64,000 nt of DNA from Candidatus Nomurabacteria bacterium GW2011_GWC2_42_20 (GTDB lineage: Bacteria > Patescibacteriota > Minisyncoccia > Phycocordibacterales > UBA1550). The position numbers were made by a program, and so were the translations under genes. Below are positions 58,048-64,000 of this stretch, piece by piece. Each line of letters opens with the position of its first letter. Position 1 is the stretch's first letter. A model generated the notes under the pieces. The model did not search any database, had not been told where the DNA came from, and saw nothing but the letters and a program-made list of their open reading frames with translations. The stretch lies in assembly GCA_000998425.1 (NCBI GenBank), contig LCDG01000002.1, forward strand, positions 35,178-99,177, read 5' to 3'.

Positions 58048-59406
58048 ATGACAAACAATACACAACTTTGGGAAAAAACATTATTTGAACTCGAGAGGGA
58101 GCTATCTCGTGCAAATTTTAGCACTTGGTTTAAAAACACGTCTATTTTAAAACAAGACGATGGTGTTGTTATTGTTGGTGTGCCTAATGAATTTGTAAAA
58201 GATTGGCTACAAAACAAATTCCACAAAACCATCCTTCGTTCTCTTCGAAATCTTTCTGAGAATGTCCGCGGAGTAGAATACACTGTTTGTAAAACAGAGA
58301 CACAAAAACCAGACCAAGGTGTTATTGAGAAGGCTATACACACCCAAACTACAGAACTCCCTTTAGTAAACCTTTACACAAACAAGGAAGATGGATTAAA
58401 CCCTCGATACACTTTTGACGATTTCATCATTGGATCGTTCAACGAACTCTCATTTGCCGCATCACAAGCTATCCTTAAAAAAGTAGGTACTAATGTTTAT
58501 AACCCGCTTTTTATTTATGGAAACACCGGCCTTGGAAAAACACATCTTATCCAGGCGATAGGTAACGAGGTTAAAAAACACTACCCAAACAAACGTGTTT
58601 TTTACACAACTTCCGAAAAATTCTCTGTTGATTATATAAACTCGGTTGGTCAGGGCTCCAAAGCTATGGCTATTTTCAAAAATAAATATAGACATTACGA
58701 CCTGCTTATTATGGATGATATACAATTCTTATCTAACAAAGAAAAGACCCAAGAAGAGCTTTTTCATATTTTTAATGAGCTTTACCATAACAATAAACAA
58801 ATAATCTTTTCTTCTGACAAGCATCCAAATTATATTCCAGCTCTTGAGGCTCGTTTAAAGTCGCGTTTTAGCGCTGGAATGATTGTTGATATTCAAGAAC
58901 CTGAATATGAATCTCGTCTCGCTATTTTGCGCGCAAAAGCTAAGCATCAAAAATTTTTCCCTCCTGAGGAGATTATTGAGTACCTTGCTTCCTCTGTTCA
59001 AGGGAACATCAGGGAGCTTGAAGGTCTTTTAAATGGTATTATTTGCCAATCTGAACTTAAAAACCGTAACCTTACACTGAGTGAGATAAAACCTTTTATT
59101 AAAAACACTTCAAAACCAAAAAAACTTTTAGCCGTGAAAGATATCGTAAAAGTTATTTGCGAGTTTTATAATATAGAAGAATCCTTTATTTATGAAAAAA
59201 CGCGAAGGAAAGAGATTTTAAAACCTCGCCAAATAGCTATGTTTATACTTCGTGAGGATTTTAATATTTCCTACCCAACAATTGGCCAAAAGTTGGGTGG
59301 TCGTGATCATACCACCGTGATGCATTCGTGTGAAAAGGTAAAAATTGATATAAAAAATGATTTATCTCTTATGCAGGAAGTTGATCAGATACGAGCGATG
59401 TTTTAA
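58048..59406 (+). CDS. dnaA: Chromosomal replication initiator DnaA
   Basis: LNPRYTFDDF, YNPLFIYGNTGLGKTHL, DDIQF, GGRDHTTV. Confidence 0.99.
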   Translation: MTNNTQLWEKTLFELERELSRANFSTWFKNTSILKQDDGVVIVGVPNEFVKDWLQNKFHKTILRSLRNLSENVRGVEYTVCKTETQKPDQGVIEKAIHTQTTELPLVNLYTNKEDGLNPRYTFDDFIIGSFNELSFAASQAILKKVGTNVYNPLFIYGNTGLGKTHLIQAIGNEVKKHYPNKRVFYTTSEKFSVDYINSVGQGSKAMAIFKNKYRHYDLLIMDDIQFLSNKEKTQEELFHIFNELYHNNKQIIFSSDKHPNYIPALEARLKSRFSAGMIVDIQEPEYESRLAILRAKAKHQKFFPPEEIIEYLASSVQGNIRELEGLLNGIICQSELKNRNLTLSEIKPFIKNTSKPKKLLAVKDIVKVICEFYNIEESFIYEKTRRKEILKPRQIAMFILREDFNISYPTIGQKLGGRDHTTVMHSCEKVKIDIKNDLSLMQEVDQIRAMF

Positions 59407-59636
59407 AGGTGTGGATAAAGTGTTAGTAAGTAAAAAAATTTATGTTAATAATTACTAATAAATCTATTATAAAAAATTATGAATAAATCTTATAAACAGT
59501 TTTGTAAAACTTATCCACAAAATATTAATATACTTATCTTTAGTAAAGACTTATTAATTAATGATATTATTAAGTTATCCACATATCCACATATACAATA
59601 TTAATAATAAGTATTTATATATTAATAATAAACAAC
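59407..59636. other. Probable oriC (dnaA-dnaN intergenic region)
   Basis: Very AT-rich; DnaA boxes at 59410 (TGTGGATAA), 59511, 59575, 59583. Confidence 0.85.
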
Positions 59637-60737
59637 ATGAACTTCACTTGTAATAGAACTGATTTACAAAAATGTATAATGAACGCTGAGAGAGTAACTA
59701 ACAAGAACTCGTCTTTACCAATTCTTAATTCAGTACTTCTAGCAACGAATAATAATACACTAATCATCCGTGCGACAAACCTAGAAGTAGGTGTAGAGTT
59801 TCAAATTCCAGCTGAAATAAAAACAGAAGGGAGTATCGCAGTTTCAGGGTCACTCATTTCAAATATTCTAATAAGCATCCCAGACGAAGAAAAAATAAAT
59901 ATCTCTGTAATAAATAATGTTTGCAAAATAACAACAAAAAATAAGAATATTACAGTTAAAGGGTTTATTCCAGATGATTTCCCAACAATACCGATTATAA
60001 ACGACGGGGAAAGTTTCACAATACAACCACAAAACTTGATTCATGGTATTAAGTCAGTGCTTATGAGTGCTGCAATATCTGATATAAAACCAGAGATTTC
60101 GAGTGTTTATATATATCAAAAAGAAAAATCATTAGTATTTGTAGCCACTGACTCTTTTAGATTGGCTGAAAAAAAAATAAATTACACAGGAGAAAGTATT
60201 TCACATGGAGTAATCATCCCTATAAAAAATATTATTGAGATAGTAAAAGTCTTTGAAATAATAGAAGAAAATATTTTATTTAAAATAACAAAGACACAAA
60301 TTTCATGTACAAGTAAATCAGTGTATATAACATCCAGGGTTATTCAAGGTATATACCCAGACTACGAACAAATTCTACCAAAAAACAACACAACAGAAGT
60401 TGTTATTTTGAAACAAGATTTGATTAATACTTTAAAATTATCAACACTATTCTCTGATAAATTTAATAAAATACAGTTTATTGTAGAACCAAAAGATAAA
60501 AAATGTTTAATTACAACAAAAAATTCTGATATAGGGGAAACAGAATCAAATTTAACTGTAACAATGTCAGGTGAGCCAATAGAGATTTTATTTAATGGTA
60601 AGCACTTATTTGATTGTTTAAATATAATAAACCAAGATAGTGTAATCATTCAATTTAATGGATTTAATAAACCAGCCGTGATCCGAGGTTTAGGAGATCA
60701 GTCATTTACTTATTTAACAATGCCACTCACTAAGTAG
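59637..60737 (+). CDS. dnaN: DNA polymerase III beta sliding clamp
   Basis: LPILNSVLL, ATNLE, DFPTIP, VATDSFRLA, YPDYEQILP. Confidence 0.97.
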   Translation: MNFTCNRTDLQKCIMNAERVTNKNSSLPILNSVLLATNNNTLIIRATNLEVGVEFQIPAEIKTEGSIAVSGSLISNILISIPDEEKINISVINNVCKITTKNKNITVKGFIPDDFPTIPIINDGESFTIQPQNLIHGIKSVLMSAAISDIKPEISSVYIYQKEKSLVFVATDSFRLAEKKINYTGESISHGVIIPIKNIIEIVKVFEIIEENILFKITKTQISCTSKSVYITSRVIQGIYPDYEQILPKNNTTEVVILKQDLINTLKLSTLFSDKFNKIQFIVEPKDKKCLITTKNSDIGETESNLTVTMSGEPIEILFNGKHLFDCLNIINQDSVIIQFNGFNKPAVIRGLGDQSFTYLTMPLTK

Positions 60738-60739
60738 AA

Positions 60740-60994
60740 ATGCTTAAATTAAACCAACTACTTGAGCGATTCAAGAATCTTACGAATAACGAAAAGGTAA
60801 GAAAACAGCTAATTGTTGAGGTTTTAGTAAATAATGAAATACCAATAAACATAAACCAGATATCAATATCAAAAAATACTATATTTATTAAAACAAAACC
60901 TATTATAAAAACAGAAGTTTTATTAAAAAAAGAAAAAATACTTAAACAGATAAAAGAAATCGGTTGTTTGTCTTTTATTTCAAATATTCAATAA
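60740..60994 (+). CDS. Small basic protein downstream of dnaN (possibly DciA/DUF721-like)
   Basis: 2-nt gap after dnaN; alpha-beta-beta-alpha pattern; family assignment is inference. Confidence 0.55.
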   Translation: MLKLNQLLERFKNLTNNEKVRKQLIVEVLVNNEIPININQISISKNTIFIKTKPIIKTEVLLKKEKILKQIKEIGCLSFISNIQ

Positions 60995-61060
60995 AAGCGG
61001 TGTTTACCATGGGTCCAGAACATACTAGTTCGTATGTGTCTCTAATATAACTGGATACAA

Positions 61061-61176
61061 TATTAGATCATCATTTAGCAAAATGACTTACGTGACGGCT
61101 CGGAAATGAGAATAGGTACACTCTTTAAAGTCTTCGTCCAAGACGCGAGTCTGCTGACTCGTCTACGTCTATAATA
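61061..61176 (-). repeat. Palindromic element family A, copy 2
   Basis: Reverse complement aligns end-to-end with 7041-7158, with compensatory changes in hairpins. Confidence 0.85.
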
Positions 61177-61183
61177 AAAACTA

Positions 61184-63712
61184 CTACTGTTCTATTTGTA
61201 GTTGAGTTGTGTGAACACCCTTATTGAAGATTGAATCATAAACAACGACAGTAATAATATTATTCACCAACACAGAAGTAAGAGAGTTTGGTGTAAAAGA
61301 TATAGAGAAGGGCTCAGATGTTTTCTGTTCTAAAAGTTCATTATTCACAAAAAATTCAACGCGATTAACTGGATATTTACTTGCGACTGAAACAGAGATT
61401 GTAACAACCTCATCTATTTTGTGTACCGTGCTAAAGTCTGTACCAAATAAAGATATTACTGGGAGAGATTCAGGTGTGCGACTCGTATCATAATCACTTG
61501 GGATGCTACTACGATCACCCTCATTAATACTTTGTGTTAACACCCACTCACGAACAGGTATTTCCCATAATGCGTATTGTGGGTCATTTTGAGGGGTTAA
61601 GAGAGGTAGACCCCTTGGTGCACTTTTATTAATCCAATGAAGAATATTGTGTACGTCTGACACCACTTCAACACTCTTCATTTCAACAGGTGTTGATTGT
61701 GTTGCCAGATTACCAGAAGCCTTGTCAATAATATACTTTTCACCACCTTTCCATATTCCTTGAAGTGGGGCAGGGAGAGCTGTTAGATCCTCAGTCTCTG
61801 GTTGGATAAAGCGTTCTGATGGGGTAAGCTTCATTGCTTCTACCATAAAATCATGCCAAACAGGTGTAATTATAAAACCAGCTATATTTTTATGTAAAGG
61901 AGTGTTGTCGTTATTGCCAGCCCACATACCAACCGCGATATGTGGTGTGTATCCAACTGTCCAAACATCACGAAAATCGTTCGTTGTACCCGTCTTCACG
62001 GCAACATCTTTACCAGGGAAATATAGTGCAGAATTAGCGCCAAACTCGGGTGTTCTAGCAACATTATCTGCCAAGATATTAGTAACCTTGCGCGCAATCT
62101 CGCTTGGGACTACTTGCTCGCTCGCCTGTTTGTACTCCTCAATAATTTTACCCTCTCTGTCTTCTATTCGAAGGATTCGTGTTGTTGGGTTTCGCACACC
62201 ATCGTTTGCAAAAACCCCATAAGCGCTCGTGAGGTCAAGCAGTGAAACCTCACCACCTCCAAGAACAAGGGTTAGACCGTATTGATTTGCCCCACCAAGA
62301 CTTTCTATTCCCATACGACGCGCCATTGTTAGTGAATCGGTAATACCTGCGAGGTAAAGGGTTTTTACCGCTGGAATATTTAGAGACTGAGCAAGAGCGT
62401 CACGCATCGAAACAGGACCACGATATTTACCGTCATAGTTTTCAGGCATATAACAATCTTCAGGCTTTATACCAGGAGAAAGGGGGGTTCCTTTGGCGTC
62501 GCAATTTGTACTAAAGTTTGTCGGTAAATCAAAAAGTGTTGTTTCTGGCGTGTACCCCTTCATAAAGGCAGTTCCGTATACAAAAGGTTTGAATGTCGAG
62601 CCTGGTTGTCTGTGTGCGAGTGTTACATTAAAATTACCCTCTTTTTCTACGTTAAAATAATCTCGTGAACCAACCATAGAGAGAACCTGCCCACTCGTAG
62701 GACTTATGGCGACTATCGCCATATTCGTTGCCTGAAAGTTTTTTTCAATATCAGGACCGCGGCTAACAATTATTTCCTCAGCCTTTTTTTGTAGTTCATA
62801 ATCAAGCGTTGTGATGACACGATAGCCGTTTTCCTCGATCGCAAGCTCGCCATATTTAGTAACTAAATACTCCTTCACCCACTCAACAAAATGCGGTGCC
62901 TTGATACCATATTTTTCACGAGGAAGAAATTCAACCTTTTCTATTTTAGCCTCGGCGTACTCATCGCTAGTAATGAAACCAAGAGCGTGCATCCGCTTCA
63001 AAACAAGCTCTTTGCGTTCATCCAGTTTGTCGCGGTGATTGCCGTAAGGAGAGAAGTAGGTTGGAGCGTTTGGTATTGCAGCTAGATATGCTGCTTGTGC
63101 AAGGGTAAGGTCGCTTGGGGTTTTGCCAAAAAAAGCAGCGCTAGCTTCACCTACGCCATAAATACTCCCACCATATGGAATCTCGTTTAAATAAAGAGCC
63201 AAGATTTCATACTTTGTAAAAGCTTGTTCAAGCCTGAATGAAAGAATAATCTCCTTCATTTTACGAGTGATAAGTTTTTCGTCTGTGAGAAGTGTTTTTT
63301 TAACAACCTGTTGCGTGATGGTTGATCCTCCACCGCGAGTGCCTCCATAAAGCACAGCGCGCGCTATCCCACGCAAGCTAATACCCATGTGTTCATAAAA
63401 AGCGGTATCCTCAATAGCCACAACAGCTTTTTTAACTAAAGGAGATATTTCTTCGAACGGAACAATTGTGCGTTTGATGTTTTGGTGTACGTCATAAAGG
63501 AGAATCTCGCCAGTGCGGTCATAAATTTTTGTTGACTGAGCTATTTTTCGTTCATGAAAACCTGCAAAATCCGGGAGCTTCATAAATGATGCCCAAAGAA
63601 TAATGGTGCTAGCAAAAAGAAAAGCGCTCCCAATAAAGAAAAGAAACACTGTTTTTAAGTGATGCAAAAAAGATCTAATTCTTTTTTTACGAGAGTGGGT
63701 GCGACGCGCCAT
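61184..63712 (-). CDS. Class A penicillin-binding protein (PBP1A family) with C-terminal Ig-like domain
   Basis: EDTAFYEH, GGSTITQQ, RKMKE; RQPGSTFK (SxxK), SLN, KTGT. Confidence 0.95.
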   Translation of the reverse strand: MARRTHSRKKRIRSFLHHLKTVFLFFIGSAFLFASTIILWASFMKLPDFAGFHERKIAQSTKIYDRTGEILLYDVHQNIKRTIVPFEEISPLVKKAVVAIEDTAFYEHMGISLRGIARAVLYGGTRGGGSTITQQVVKKTLLTDEKLITRKMKEIILSFRLEQAFTKYEILALYLNEIPYGGSIYGVGEASAAFFGKTPSDLTLAQAAYLAAIPNAPTYFSPYGNHRDKLDERKELVLKRMHALGFITSDEYAEAKIEKVEFLPREKYGIKAPHFVEWVKEYLVTKYGELAIEENGYRVITTLDYELQKKAEEIIVSRGPDIEKNFQATNMAIVAISPTSGQVLSMVGSRDYFNVEKEGNFNVTLAHRQPGSTFKPFVYGTAFMKGYTPETTLFDLPTNFSTNCDAKGTPLSPGIKPEDCYMPENYDGKYRGPVSMRDALAQSLNIPAVKTLYLAGITDSLTMARRMGIESLGGANQYGLTLVLGGGEVSLLDLTSAYGVFANDGVRNPTTRILRIEDREGKIIEEYKQASEQVVPSEIARKVTNILADNVARTPEFGANSALYFPGKDVAVKTGTTNDFRDVWTVGYTPHIAVGMWAGNNDNTPLHKNIAGFIITPVWHDFMVEAMKLTPSERFIQPETEDLTALPAPLQGIWKGGEKYIIDKASGNLATQSTPVEMKSVEVVSDVHNILHWINKSAPRGLPLLTPQNDPQYALWEIPVREWVLTQSINEGDRSSIPSDYDTSRTPESLPVISLFGTDFSTVHKIDEVVTISVSVASKYPVNRVEFFVNNELLEQKTSEPFSISFTPNSLTSVLVNNIITVVVYDSIFNKGVHTTQLQIEQ

Positions 63713-63783
63713 AAAGTAAATATGTTATAACACAAAATTAGCTTATGGGCGAGCGTTGATTCTTGTGATAAAATAGTTTCAAT

Positions 63784-64000
63784 ATGACAAAAGAGGAGAA
63801 AATTGAAGAAATATTAAAGCGAGGGGTCGCAGAAGTAATACATTTAGACATTCTGCGAGCAAAACTTCTCTCTGGAGAACCTCTTCGAATAAAGTTTGGA
63901 ACCGATCCGACGAGCCCCAATATACATCTCGGGCGCGCAACCGCTATTTGGAAACTTCGTGACCTGCAAGACCTTGGGCACAAAATTGTATTTATCGTAG
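63784..64000 (+). CDS. tyrS: Tyrosyl-tRNA synthetase (5' part, truncated by window)
   Basis: Manual translation MTKEEKIEEILKRGVAEVI...LRIKFGTDPTSPNIHLGR...LQDLGH. Confidence 0.9.
   Translation, partial: MTKEEKIEEILKRGVAEVIHLDILRAKLLSGEPLRIKFGTDPTSPNIHLGRATAIWKLRDLQDLGHKIVFIV

Noticed and set aside
7041-61176. CRISPR array interpretation of the repeated hairpins
   Set aside because: Copies are dispersed rather than regularly spaced with unique spacers, and no cas genes are present.
1-64000. Alternative genetic code (UGA=Gly, as in Gracilibacteria/Absconditabacteria)
   Set aside because: Conserved genes are full-length in code 11, and TGA ends genes at plausible positions (e.g. 29761, 2226).

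Overview
This window is the origin-proximal chromosome of a small-genome bacterium. Gene content and protein features point to Patescibacteria/CPR, probably Parcubacteria (inference); ORFs read in standard code 11. It holds a type IV pilus cluster (pilB, pilC, minor pilins, a duplicated PilX-like gene), housekeeping genes (nusA, ppa, tig, rsmE, clpP, rny, hup, cca, xth, xer, rpsO, dksA-like, comM, pcrA, rsmA), four tRNAs, a two-component pair, a MurL-like epimerase, a reduced VirB4/PrgI/VirB6-like secretion cluster, and yidC-yidD-rnpA-rpmH / dnaA-oriC-dnaN, followed by PBP1A and the start of tyrS. The most interesting signals are outside the ORF track. (1) The secretion operon is bracketed by two outward-facing pilin genes sharing a 244-bp ~93%-identical inverted repeat but carrying unrelated C-terminal domains, a candidate invertible switch. 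(2) A dispersed, modular, nested family of palindromic elements shows compensatory changes, and one module sits in-frame at the centre of a parS-like site in yraN. (3) About eight parS-like sites are mostly embedded in the cca and yraN coding sequences. (4) Core genes look leaderless, whereas several small orphan genes carry their own -35/-10 promoter, Shine-Dalgarno and terminator; one is an unannotated 38-aa Cys/His-rich peptide. (5) A tRNA-Arg 3'-end mini-island, inverted heptamer arrays and long loopless palindromes are also present. All alignments and counts were done by eye.
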